64,000 nt of DNA from an uncultured bacterium. Lineage in GTDB: Bacteria > Zixibacteria > MSB-5A5 > GN15 > FEB-12. The notes beneath the pieces are model-generated. The model saw only the letters and a list, made by a program, of their open reading frames with translations. It searched no databases and had not been told where the DNA came from. The translations under genes were made by a program, and so were the position numbers. Shown one piece after another: positions 51,065 through 59,944 of the stretch. Where the stretch lies: contig CBDVDR010000011.1 of assembly GCA_965372795.1 (NCBI GenBank), forward strand, positions 43,723-107,722, given 5' to 3'. Within the stretch, counting starts at the first letter, position 1; each line of letters begins with the position of its first letter.

Positions 51065-51511
51065 TTATAGAGAATTTCGATAATTCTCATGTTTTTGCTT
51101 AATTTCGGGATACTTTAAGGCTAAAATTCTGCCAGCCAGCACAGCTGCGTTCTTTGCGCCTGGTTTACCTATCGCTACTGATGCAACTGGTATCCCCGGA
51201 GGCATTTGCACTATTGATAGCAAAGAATCCATTCCATTTAGAGCAGCCGGTAATGGTACTCCGATTACAGGTAAATTTGAATGAGCGGCTGCAACTCCCG
51301 GAAGGGCTGCTGATAAACCAGCCATTGCAATAATAACATCAAAACCGTCTTTTTCTGCATTTTCAGTTATTGATTTGGTTCTTTCAGGATGACGATGAGC
51401 AGAAGAAATTTCAATTGAGGATTCAATTCCAAGTTCATTAAGTTGTTTAGCGCAGATTTCTGAATACTCTGAATCGGATTTTGAACCGATGACAATTAAG
51501 GCTTTTGGCAT
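51065..51511 (-). CDS. purE: PurE (N5-CAIR mutase / AIR carboxylase)
   Basis: GSKSD, SAHR, AGLSAALPG, IVQMPPGIPV. Confidence 0.96.
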   Translation of the reverse strand: MPKALIVIGSKSDSEYSEICAKQLNELGIESSIEISSAHRHPERTKSITENAEKDGFDVIIAMAGLSAALPGVAAAHSNLPVIGVPLPAALNGMDSLLSIVQMPPGIPVASVAIGKPGAKNAAVLAGRILALKYPEIKQKHENYRNSL

Positions 51512-51512
51512 T

Positions 51513-52796
51513 TTATTTTTTCCCTTGTACATTTAAAACTCTGAAACCAATATCTTTACGATATCTGGCTCCTTCGAATTTGATTCGATTTACCATTCGA
51601 TAAGCCCTGTTTAAGGCTTGCTGTAGATTACGATCTATCCCGGTGACGCCAAGAACTCTTCCACCGGATGTTTCGAAATTATTTTCGTTTCTTACTGTTC
51701 CAGCATGGAAGACAATACAATTGTCATCAGGCTTGTTTGGCAACCCGCTAATTTTAAGTCCGGTTGAATATTTACCGGGATAGCCTTTGGAAGCCATTAC
51801 AACACAAGCAGCACTTTCCTGGCGCCAGTTAAGTTTCTGAATAGATCCAAGTTTCTTATTTGCAGTGGCGAGCATGATCTCTACCAGATCAGTTTTTAGA
51901 AGGGGGAGAACCACTTGAGTCTCCGGATCACCAAAACGACAATTATATTCAAGTACTTTTGGACCTTGATCAGTAAGCATCAGACCGGCATAAATAATAC
52001 CTTTATAATTGATTCCTTCTTTTTGAAGCCCAATTACAGTGGGCTGTAAAACATATTCCATGATCTTACTCATGACTTCTTTAGTTGCCAGTGTGGTCGG
52101 GCTGTAGGCACCCATACCACCCGTATTAGGACCGCGATCACCATCAAAAGCCTGTTTATGGTCCTGACTTGGGAGTAGAGGGAGGATTGTTTTTCCATCG
52201 GTAAAAGCCATTATCGAGAGTTCCTGACCCTGCATAAATGACTCAACAATAATTCTCTCGCCGGCATCCCCGAATACATTTTTTACCATGATATCTTCAA
52301 TGGCTGAAACCGCTTCATCAAAGCTCTTAACAATAAGAACACCCTTACCGGCTGCCAATCCATCTGCTTTTATTACAACTGGAAATTCAACCGTCTTACA
52401 AAAACCAATCGCTTCAGCAGCCGAACTGAATACTTTGAAAGGCGCGGTGGGGATATGATATTTCCGCATAAATTCTTTTGAGTAAACTTTGCTGCTCTCA
52501 AGTTGAGCTGCTTTTTTGTCGGGACCAAATACTTTAAGTTTACGCTTTGCGAATTCATCAGCAATACCAGCTGCCAGAGGTGTTTCGGGTCCAACTATCG
52601 TTAAGCCGATTTTATTCCGAGTTGCAAAATCTGCCAGAGCTTTAATGTTATTATCTTTAATGTTAACACACTTTGCAATTTTAGAGATACCGCCGTTACC
52701 GGGAGCACAATAAATTTTGTCGATTTTTCTGGATTGTTTTATTTTCCAGATAAGTGTGTGTTCTCTTCCCCCCGACCCAATAACTAAGATATTCAT
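51513..52796 (-). CDS. purD: Phosphoribosylamine--glycine ligase
   Basis: GSGGREH, KADGLAAGKGV, GPNTGGMG, RFGDPETQ. Confidence 0.98.
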   Translation of the reverse strand: MNILVIGSGGREHTLIWKIKQSRKIDKIYCAPGNGGISKIAKCVNIKDNNIKALADFATRNKIGLTIVGPETPLAAGIADEFAKRKLKVFGPDKKAAQLESSKVYSKEFMRKYHIPTAPFKVFSSAAEAIGFCKTVEFPVVIKADGLAAGKGVLIVKSFDEAVSAIEDIMVKNVFGDAGERIIVESFMQGQELSIMAFTDGKTILPLLPSQDHKQAFDGDRGPNTGGMGAYSPTTLATKEVMSKIMEYVLQPTVIGLQKEGINYKGIIYAGLMLTDQGPKVLEYNCRFGDPETQVVLPLLKTDLVEIMLATANKKLGSIQKLNWRQESAACVVMASKGYPGKYSTGLKISGLPNKPDDNCIVFHAGTVRNENNFETSGGRVLGVTGIDRNLQQALNRAYRMVNRIKFEGARYRKDIGFRVLNVQGKK

Positions 52797-53046
52797 AATA
52801 AACCTTTTTTAATCCTGTAATCACATTTGAGATTAGAAAGTATATCATTTTGAGGATATTTTTCAACTGTTTTTTTTGTTTAACTTTTTAGGGTGGATAT
52901 GCGTCATATCTAAATAACCGAATTATCAGTTGACAAAGGCTCTAAGAGCTTATTTATTGACTTTTTAAGTATATCAAATAAGACTGTCTCTGGTATATTT
53001 GACACTAATTTTGAAGTATAGAATAATTTATTTTGAGGGATAGAAA

Positions 53047-53697
53047 ATGAGAAAGTTAGCAATCTTTGGTCTTCTTTTATTTATTCTAACTATAAACATA
53101 ACCGCAGTTGCTCAAGATGAGGAAATTGAAAAGGATGTTCTTGAAATCTCTTTCTATTCCGGTTTTGCAAGTCCAACCGGTGGTATAACTGAGTGGAATG
53201 ATGGACTAAATGCTTCAAATGGTTATAATATGGGGCTGGACATAGGTTATTTTGTAACTTCCAATTTTTCAACCGGTTTTAATTTCACCTATCAAAGATT
53301 TGATGTTGATTCTCCGGCTGCTTCATCATCATCACATAGACTCTATAATCCGAATTTATTTTTAAAATATATTCATACGACTGAAGGTAATCTTGAACCT
53401 TATGTTCGAGTACATGTAGGACTTGAAAATCCAAAATTTTCAACTTTTGTATCAAATCCGACTCAGGACAGATACCACTTAACTTCTTATGGTCCCGGTA
53501 TTGCTTATGGAGTTTCATTAGGATTGTTTTACTTCACATCCGATTATAGCGGCTTGTTTATTCAAGGAACTTATCACGGAGCCTCTACCAGTAATGTAAC
53601 TGCCACATACCTTGATCAGGAATACGATTTTAATGAAAATATTTCTGTTTACAATTTAAGTCTGGGTATAAGGGTTCTTGTTGGATCAGATGAATAA
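53047..53697 (+). CDS. Small outer-membrane beta-barrel protein
   Basis: Signal peptide; alternating aromatic beta strands (GLDIGYF, EPYVRVHVG, YNLSLGIRV). Confidence 0.75.
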   Translation: MRKLAIFGLLLFILTINITAVAQDEEIEKDVLEISFYSGFASPTGGITEWNDGLNASNGYNMGLDIGYFVTSNFSTGFNFTYQRFDVDSPAASSSSHRLYNPNLFLKYIHTTEGNLEPYVRVHVGLENPKFSTFVSNPTQDRYHLTSYGPGIAYGVSLGLFYFTSDYSGLFIQGTYHGASTSNVTATYLDQEYDFNENISVYNLSLGIRVLVGSDE

Positions 53698-53715
53698 TTG
53701 TTAGATATTTTAATT

Positions 53716-53745
53716 AACCCGTCATTACTAATGACGGGTTTTTTT
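53716..53745 (+). terminator. Rho-independent terminator
   Basis: aacccgtcatta-c-taatgacgggtt followed by a T run. Confidence 0.85.
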
Positions 53746-53762
53746 ATTGCCGTTTAAAAATC

Positions 53763-55121
53763 ATGCACAAAACAAAAATATTAATTGTTGATGATGAACC
53801 AAAACAGCGAGAGTTAATAGCTGGTTTTTTATCAAAAAAGGGCTATCAGGTTAGTACTGCTGACAGTGGTGAAAGTGCCCTCGAGCAATATCATAATTTC
53901 TTTTCCTCTTTAGCATTGTTGGATATTAAGATGCCCGGTATGAATGGGATAGAACTTCTCATCAAGCTTAAAGAAATTAATCCGTTTATTCAAGTTATTA
54001 TGCTGACTGCCTTCGGATCGGTTGACACCGCCGTCGAGGCAATGAAAGCAGGCGCATTTGATTATCTGACAAAACCGGTTGAGGATCTTGGTGAACTTCT
54101 TATAAAACTTGAGAAAGCAGCTGAACAAAACCGGCTGATCGTTGATAATAAAGTTATGCAGGAAAGACTGGCAGAAGTTTTCCCTGAGTCAGAAATGATT
54201 GGTGAGTCAGAGTCTATAAAAAAAATTAAAGAGCTGATTGCTCTGGTTGCAAAAAAGGATGCTACTGTATTAGTAACAGGTCCATCAGGAACCGGTAAAG
54301 AGATGGTCGCCAGAGCTCTTCATGCTCTATCAGATCGTGCTGAAAAAAGACTGGTTGCTATAAATTGTTCTGCGTTTCCAGAGACACTGCTCGAATCAGA
54401 ACTGTTTGGATATGAAAAAGGCGCCTTTACCGGTGCGGAAAAATCCAAACCGGGGAGATTTGAACTTGCCGAAGGGGGAACCCTGTTTTTAGATGAAATC
54501 GGAGATATGCCTCTTTCGATGCAGGTAAAACTTTTGCGGGTCCTTGATCAGAAAATGATAGAACGTTTAGGCTCGGTTAAAGAGATTGAACTTGATATTA
54601 GAATAATTGCGGCTACGAACAGGGACTTAGAACAACTGGTTAAAGATGGAAATTTCAGAGAAGATTTATTTTATCGCCTGAATGTTATCAGAGTGCATCT
54701 GCCATCACTTAAAGAACGCACGGTTGATATTTTACTTTTGGCAGAAAAATTTATTGAAAAGTATTCTCGCAAAATTGGAAAAAAGATAAATGGGATTGAT
54801 AGTTCTGCAGCTGAAATGTTGACAGCGTACTCCTGGCCCGGTAATGTGCGCGAGTTAGAAAACATCATTGAACGGGCAATTGTTTTGTCCCGCACAGATT
54901 ATATCACGTCAAAAGACCTTACCGGTTTAGTGATCAAAGAAAAAGAAATGATCCAAAATGGCAAAATCGTGCCATTAGCTGACATTGAAAAAATCCATAT
55001 TAAAAATGCTTTGGAATCTCTTGATTGGAATATGGGTTTATGTGCCGAAAAACTGGGAATTCATCGCAATACTCTCAGAGCCAAAATCAAAGAATATAGT
55101 ATCTCTAAATCCTCAAATTAA
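53763..55121 (+). CDS. NtrC/AtoC-family sigma54-dependent response regulator
   Basis: Receiver (VDDE, LDIKMPG), AAA+ (GPSGTGKE, GAFTGA, DEIG), Fis-type HTH. Confidence 0.95.
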   Translation: MHKTKILIVDDEPKQRELIAGFLSKKGYQVSTADSGESALEQYHNFFSSLALLDIKMPGMNGIELLIKLKEINPFIQVIMLTAFGSVDTAVEAMKAGAFDYLTKPVEDLGELLIKLEKAAEQNRLIVDNKVMQERLAEVFPESEMIGESESIKKIKELIALVAKKDATVLVTGPSGTGKEMVARALHALSDRAEKRLVAINCSAFPETLLESELFGYEKGAFTGAEKSKPGRFELAEGGTLFLDEIGDMPLSMQVKLLRVLDQKMIERLGSVKEIELDIRIIAATNRDLEQLVKDGNFREDLFYRLNVIRVHLPSLKERTVDILLLAEKFIEKYSRKIGKKINGIDSSAAEMLTAYSWPGNVRELENIIERAIVLSRTDYITSKDLTGLVIKEKEMIQNGKIVPLADIEKIHIKNALESLDWNMGLCAEKLGIHRNTLRAKIKEYSISKSSN

Positions 55122-55131
55122 ATCAACTTAT

Positions 55132-55177
55132 CACAATAATTGTGCTTTAGAATTGCATAGACGCACAAAATTTGTGC
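55132..55177. promoter_or_regulatory. Paired palindromic enhancer-like sites
   Basis: CACAAT-A-ATTGTG (55132-55144) and GCACAAA-A-TTTGTGC (55163-55177); centres 32 bp apart. Confidence 0.7.
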
Positions 55178-55242
55178 ATAGCAGGCTTCCGTGAGTCTGG
55201 AGTATAATTCTATCGTAATGCTATGCAACATGATACGGACTT

Positions 55243-55258
55243 TGGCATGAATTTTGTT
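55243..55258 (+). promoter_or_regulatory. Putative sigma54 promoter
   Basis: TGGCATGAATTTTGTT: GG-N10-GT (variant -12). Confidence 0.6.
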
Positions 55259-55304
55259 ATATATCTAAGCAGATGTGAATATTTATTTTAGAAAGGACCT
55301 CAAT

Positions 55305-56159
55305 ATGAAAAAGAACTTTTTGATAATGATAATTCTGATAGCAGTTTTTGCTATAAGTGGTTGTGAATCCAATAATGTTATTCTTAACCCGGCTCCGGCT
55401 GCTCCCCAGGGAGTCTACTCGATAACCGGTGATGAAGCAGTTTATATTTATTGGAACGGACCATACGAAGCTGATCTTGACGAATATGTTGTCATGCGTT
55501 CTTTTAAAGAGTTTGACAATTATGTTGAAATCGGTAGAGTGGATGCTGTTCAAAATTCGAATTTAGATCTGCTTATATATGAATTTGTTGATACCAAAGT
55601 TAGCAATGGCAAGACTTATTTTTACGCCATTAGAACTATAGATCTGTCTGGCCAGAGTTCTGACCTTTCGGCTGAACCTGTATTTGATACTCCTCGTCCA
55701 GATGGAGGAGTAACTCTTTATCCGGTTTCATTTGACGGGTCACTCTCAGGCTTCAATCTTGAAACTGAAACAGTCGTCAGTTTTGACTCTCCGGCTGCTG
55801 ATTTTTATTTAGTTTATGATGATGAAATTGATATTCATTTTTTGACAGTTGGAAATACATTTATTGATGTTCAGGATATGGGTTTCACTTATAACTTTGA
55901 AGATATCGGTTTTGCTCCAGATACCGGCTGGTCTTCATTTGTTGATATGGAACTTATACTCGGACATACTTATGTGCTTTGGACCGATAATGAAAATTAT
56001 GCAAAGGTTCGTGCAATTCAGAAATTCCCTAATTCTAATGCAATAAAATTTGAGTGGGCTTATCAAACAGTCCCTAATAATAGAGAATTGAAAGTTCTTC
56101 CTCCGGAAGAAAACGAAGAAACCTCACAAACTATCATTTTTACCTCTGACGGACAATAG
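55305..56159 (+). CDS. Lipoprotein with FN3-like domain
   Basis: Lipobox AISGC; PAAPQGV..GDEAVYIYW..NGKTYFYAIRTID..S FN3 pattern. Confidence 0.8.
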   Translation: MKKNFLIMIILIAVFAISGCESNNVILNPAPAAPQGVYSITGDEAVYIYWNGPYEADLDEYVVMRSFKEFDNYVEIGRVDAVQNSNLDLLIYEFVDTKVSNGKTYFYAIRTIDLSGQSSDLSAEPVFDTPRPDGGVTLYPVSFDGSLSGFNLETETVVSFDSPAADFYLVYDDEIDIHFLTVGNTFIDVQDMGFTYNFEDIGFAPDTGWSSFVDMELILGHTYVLWTDNENYAKVRAIQKFPNSNAIKFEWAYQTVPNNRELKVLPPEENEETSQTIIFTSDGQ

Positions 56160-56180
56160 TTGGTCTGGTAAAGAAAGGAT

Positions 56181-57698
56181 GTGAAAATTATGTTACGCAA
56201 ATATCAAAAACAAATGGTAAGCACAATAGTTGCTTTAATGTTATTGGCTGTGGGTGCTCAAGCACAGGATTATGATAAAATCAGTCGTTATGAGTACAAT
56301 AATGAACCCAAGGAAATCCGCATTGATCGTTATCTGGATGCAGAGCTTTGGACCAATCATAGCGATGGAGAGTATTATGAAGGTGATAATATCTCTATGA
56401 AATTCAGGGTCAATCATGATGCTTTTGTTGCAATCTATTCAATAGATACCAAAGGTCGAGTCAACCTTTTATTCCCGTCCTCGACAGAGCAGGATAATTT
56501 TGTAAGGGAAGGGGTCACCTACCGGTTACCTGATGGGTATGATGATTATGATCTGGTCGTAACCGGTCCAGAAGGAGTTGAATCGATTCAGATTATCGCT
56601 TCACGGGAAAGATTTCCGATTCCGAACTGGTATGGCAATTCGGGTGTCCTGTTTGATTGGGAAGACCGTCATGAATTTATGGATTATCTAAACCGACGTT
56701 ATTTCGTAAGGTACGATGGTCAGAAATTTGCCTTTGATCGGACTACTATTTATGTTAATGAATGGGAACAAAATTATTTTCATCCAACCTACCAACCGGT
56801 TTATCCAAGCTGGACTCTTAGCAGTAATGTTTATTTTGACTACCCCTGGGGGGCGACTGTTTATGTTGATGGAATTTACTGGGGCATAACCCCGCTATAT
56901 ATTCCGCGCATATATGTCGGATGGCATACCTTCTCTATTTATGACCGTTATGGATATTGCTGGGAGTCCAATATTCATGTGACCCATTATAATACCGTAA
57001 TCCTTAATAGAACCATTATCAGAACTTCTCAAAACACATACTCAAAATATAAGAAAGTTCGCAATGTTGGGTACAGGAATCCTTCGAAACATGGTTATCC
57101 GACTTATAAAACAAAAGTTGCAAGCATGAAGGCTTCTCTAAAAGTCAAGAATACTGGTAAAGTGTTAACTAAGACTGGTAATGTTAATTCATATAAAACT
57201 CTATCGGGTTTAACTAAGAAATATTCTCGCGGAAACAGTAAGCTTGTTAAAAGTAAACGTGGCTATGAAACTTCTGGTGTTGTAACCAAAACGAATACTA
57301 AAAGATCGAAAACATCTACATATAAAACTACTAAGTCGAGTAATAGAAAAGGAAGTAGAAGCGGCTACACTACCGGAAATTCAATAAAATCAAAAGGCAG
57401 TTCATCTGGTTCTTATAAGACGACGACTTCCAAAAGATCGAATGTTAAATCTAAAGTGAGAACTAAAACCTCAACTTCGACTAAGTCATCAGGTTACTAC
57501 CAGAAAAAGACGGGGTCATCCAAAAAGGGTGGCTCTTCATATAAGGGAAGCACCAAGAAATCAGATTCGTCGGCAAAGTCGTACAAAACTACAAAGACGG
57601 CCAAATCTTCTAAATCGGGCGGAACTAAATCTTCCAGTAATAGTGATAGTAAAAAAGAGAAGAAATCTTCTAAAAAATCAAAAGGAAAAAGAAGATAA
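56181..57698 (+). CDS. Exported DUF4384 domain protein with PEGA-like segment and long Lys/Ser/Thr-rich tail
   Basis: Signal peptide; YYEGDNI..DAFVAIYSIDTKGRVNLLFP..GPEGVESI; GATVYVDGIYWGITP; basic low-complexity C-terminus. Confidence 0.75.
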   Translation: MKIMLRKYQKQMVSTIVALMLLAVGAQAQDYDKISRYEYNNEPKEIRIDRYLDAELWTNHSDGEYYEGDNISMKFRVNHDAFVAIYSIDTKGRVNLLFPSSTEQDNFVREGVTYRLPDGYDDYDLVVTGPEGVESIQIIASRERFPIPNWYGNSGVLFDWEDRHEFMDYLNRRYFVRYDGQKFAFDRTTIYVNEWEQNYFHPTYQPVYPSWTLSSNVYFDYPWGATVYVDGIYWGITPLYIPRIYVGWHTFSIYDRYGYCWESNIHVTHYNTVILNRTIIRTSQNTYSKYKKVRNVGYRNPSKHGYPTYKTKVASMKASLKVKNTGKVLTKTGNVNSYKTLSGLTKKYSRGNSKLVKSKRGYETSGVVTKTNTKRSKTSTYKTTKSSNRKGSRSGYTTGNSIKSKGSSSGSYKTTTSKRSNVKSKVRTKTSTSTKSSGYYQKKTGSSKKGGSSYKGSTKKSDSSAKSYKTTKTAKSSKSGGTKSSSNSDSKKEKKSSKKSKGKRR

Positions 57699-57752
57699 AA
57701 TTATAATTGCAAAGAACCGATAATACCTATATCTAATAGGTAGGAGTCGATT

Positions 57753-58052
57753 ATGAAAAAAATATTTACTTATATATTGTGTGTGATTTTCTTAAGCTCA
57801 GCCGTTGGCAATGTTTGGGCGGTTGAGAAAAAAGAAAAGAAAAGCACATCCAAAAAAGTGGTAACAAAAAAGAAGGCTGTTCCCAAAATAGTAAAGAAAG
57901 CAAGTTCTAAGAAAATAGTTAAATCGCGAAAGAAGTTTGATAAATTTGTTGATAAGAATAAAAATGGAATTGATGACCGCAAAGAAAAACTGATTAAAAA
58001 GTCTGCCAAAAAGGCTCCTAAGAAAAAGACTAAAAAGAAACCAAAAAAATAG
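57753..58052 (+). CDS. Small exported Lys-rich protein with DxNxNG-type motif
   Basis: AGGAG RBS; signal peptide; FVDKNKNGIDDR. Confidence 0.7.
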   Translation: MKKIFTYILCVIFLSSAVGNVWAVEKKEKKSTSKKVVTKKKAVPKIVKKASSKKIVKSRKKFDKFVDKNKNGIDDRKEKLIKKSAKKAPKKKTKKKPKK

Positions 58053-58070
58053 TAATTGATATATTATGAT

Positions 58071-58099
58071 AAAAAACCGGTATTTTACCGGTTTTTTTT
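58071..58099. terminator. Rho-independent terminator
   Basis: aaaaaaccggta-ttt-taccggtttttttt. Confidence 0.85.
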
Positions 58100-58226
58100 A
58101 TGGAAATCGAATAATAACCAAAAAAATATGAACCACTGCTCTTGACTAATGTTATAAAAGTCATAAATTACGAAGTGACTGCCATGGTGGCTGTCATAAT
58201 GGCAGTATTGCGAAAGTGTTGATTCT

Positions 58227-59282
58227 ATGGCGTTTGAGAACTTAACAGAGCGTGAAAAAAAGATTCTGGCGAATCTGATAAACTATTACATCGACTCGGC
58301 TGATCCGGTAGGATCAAGAGTAATTGCTAATAAGTTTAAAATGGGTATTTCTTCGGCTACGATTAGAAATACGCTGTCAGATTTGGAAGAACTTGGACTG
58401 GTAACCCAGCCGCATACCTCTGCAGGTCGCATTCCGACTGATTTAGGTTATCGGGTTTATGTAGATTATTTATTCAAACCGGATAGTTTATCTCAATCTG
58501 AAAAGAATTTGATTAGTCAGGCGGTCTTAAAAGAGGGTCGAGGTATAAAAGAAATTCTTGGACAGACCTGTAATGTGTTAGGAGAGATAACAAATCAACT
58601 TGGAGTGACAATAGCGCCTCGTTTTGAAGAGGGCATTCTGAAGCATATAAATCTGATCCCGGTTAGTTCAGAAAGAATCATGGCGGTTGTCGTGGTAGAA
58701 TCCGGGCTTGCCCGTTCGGTGATTATTGAAATTGAGGCAGCAATCTCAGATATAGAATTAGGCCTCTTTGAGCAGATTCTAAATGAACGATTGGCGGGTT
58801 TGACCCTTGGACAAATCAAAACAACAATTTTAGAACGGATGGCAGATATTGCGGGGCATGGTCGTTTGATCAAACTGGTTATTGACTCAAAAGAAAAAAT
58901 TTGGACTGAAGACAGAACCGAAGATATTCAAATTGCCGGTATAGAAAAACTTCTCGAACAACCGGAATTTTCAAATATCGAAAGAGCTACCGAATTGATG
59001 AAGATGCTTCAAAACGGGACCGTTATTTCTGACTTCCTTTCGAATGCCTCAAGTGAAGGAATTCTGATTACAATTGGCAAAGAAAACAAATTTAATGAAA
59101 TAATGAGTTGCTCGCTGGTAACATCATCATACAAAGTTGGCAATATCTCCGGTACGATAGGAATTATCGGTCCGACAAGAATGCCTTACCGGAAACTCGT
59201 CTCGGTAGTGGAATACACGGCTCGAACAATTTCTGAAGTGATAGCAGGAATCGATCATAAAAAGGAACCTGGAAATGGGTAA
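58227..59282 (+). CDS. hrcA: Heat-inducible transcription repressor HrcA
   Basis: PVGSR, SSATIRN, QPHTSAGRIPT, IIGPTRM. Confidence 0.97.
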   Translation: MAFENLTEREKKILANLINYYIDSADPVGSRVIANKFKMGISSATIRNTLSDLEELGLVTQPHTSAGRIPTDLGYRVYVDYLFKPDSLSQSEKNLISQAVLKEGRGIKEILGQTCNVLGEITNQLGVTIAPRFEEGILKHINLIPVSSERIMAVVVVESGLARSVIIEIEAAISDIELGLFEQILNERLAGLTLGQIKTTILERMADIAGHGRLIKLVIDSKEKIWTEDRTEDIQIAGIEKLLEQPEFSNIERATELMKMLQNGTVISDFLSNASSEGILITIGKENKFNEIMSCSLVTSSYKVGNISGTIGIIGPTRMPYRKLVSVVEYTARTISEVIAGIDHKKEPGNG

Positions 59283-59895
59283 GAAGAAAAAGAATAAAAA
59301 AATTATAGATATTTCTAAAGATGAAAATAAGGTTGAAACAGAAGTGGAAGTTGAATTTACAGATGGAAAAGAAGCTGAAGTTATAGATTCAGAAGATGTA
59401 GCTCAAGAAGAAAAGCTTTCGGAAGAAGAAATTCTGAAACAGAAAAATGCTGAACTTGAAGACAAGCTTCTGCGAACAGTTGCGGATTTTGATAATTATA
59501 AAAAAAGATTGATCCGGAGACATGATGAAACGGTTGAAGCTTCAATTGAAAGACTATTAACCCAGATTCTTGAAATTGTAGATAATTTTGAGCGGGCGAT
59601 TCAACATAATGATGAAAAAGCTGATGTTGAAACGGTGATTAAAGGTACTGAACTAATTTATAACCAGATGTTAGAACTGCTGAAAAAATATGAAGTGACT
59701 CCCTTAGATTCAATCGGTGAAAGTTTTGACCCGAATTATCATGAGGCGTTGATGCAGGTTGATTCAGAGGAATTTCCAGAAGGATCAATTGCCGTCGAGA
59801 TTAACAAAGGCTATAAAAAGGGTAATAAAGTTTTAAGGCACAGCAAAGTCGGGGTAAGCAAGGGTGCTGCAGAAAAAGAAAAAGAAACTGAATAA
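59275..59895 (+). CDS. grpE: Nucleotide exchange factor GrpE
   Basis: ADFDNYKKR, FDPNYHEAL. Confidence 0.96.
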   Translation: MGKKKKNKKIIDISKDENKVETEVEVEFTDGKEAEVIDSEDVAQEEKLSEEEILKQKNAELEDKLLRTVADFDNYKKRLIRRHDETVEASIERLLTQILEIVDNFERAIQHNDEKADVETVIKGTELIYNQMLELLKKYEVTPLDSIGESFDPNYHEALMQVDSEEFPEGSIAVEINKGYKKGNKVLRHSKVGVSKGAAEKEKETE

Positions 59896-59944
59896 TTTTT
59901 ATATAGATGAGTAAATTAATAATTAACTATAAGGAGAAACACAG

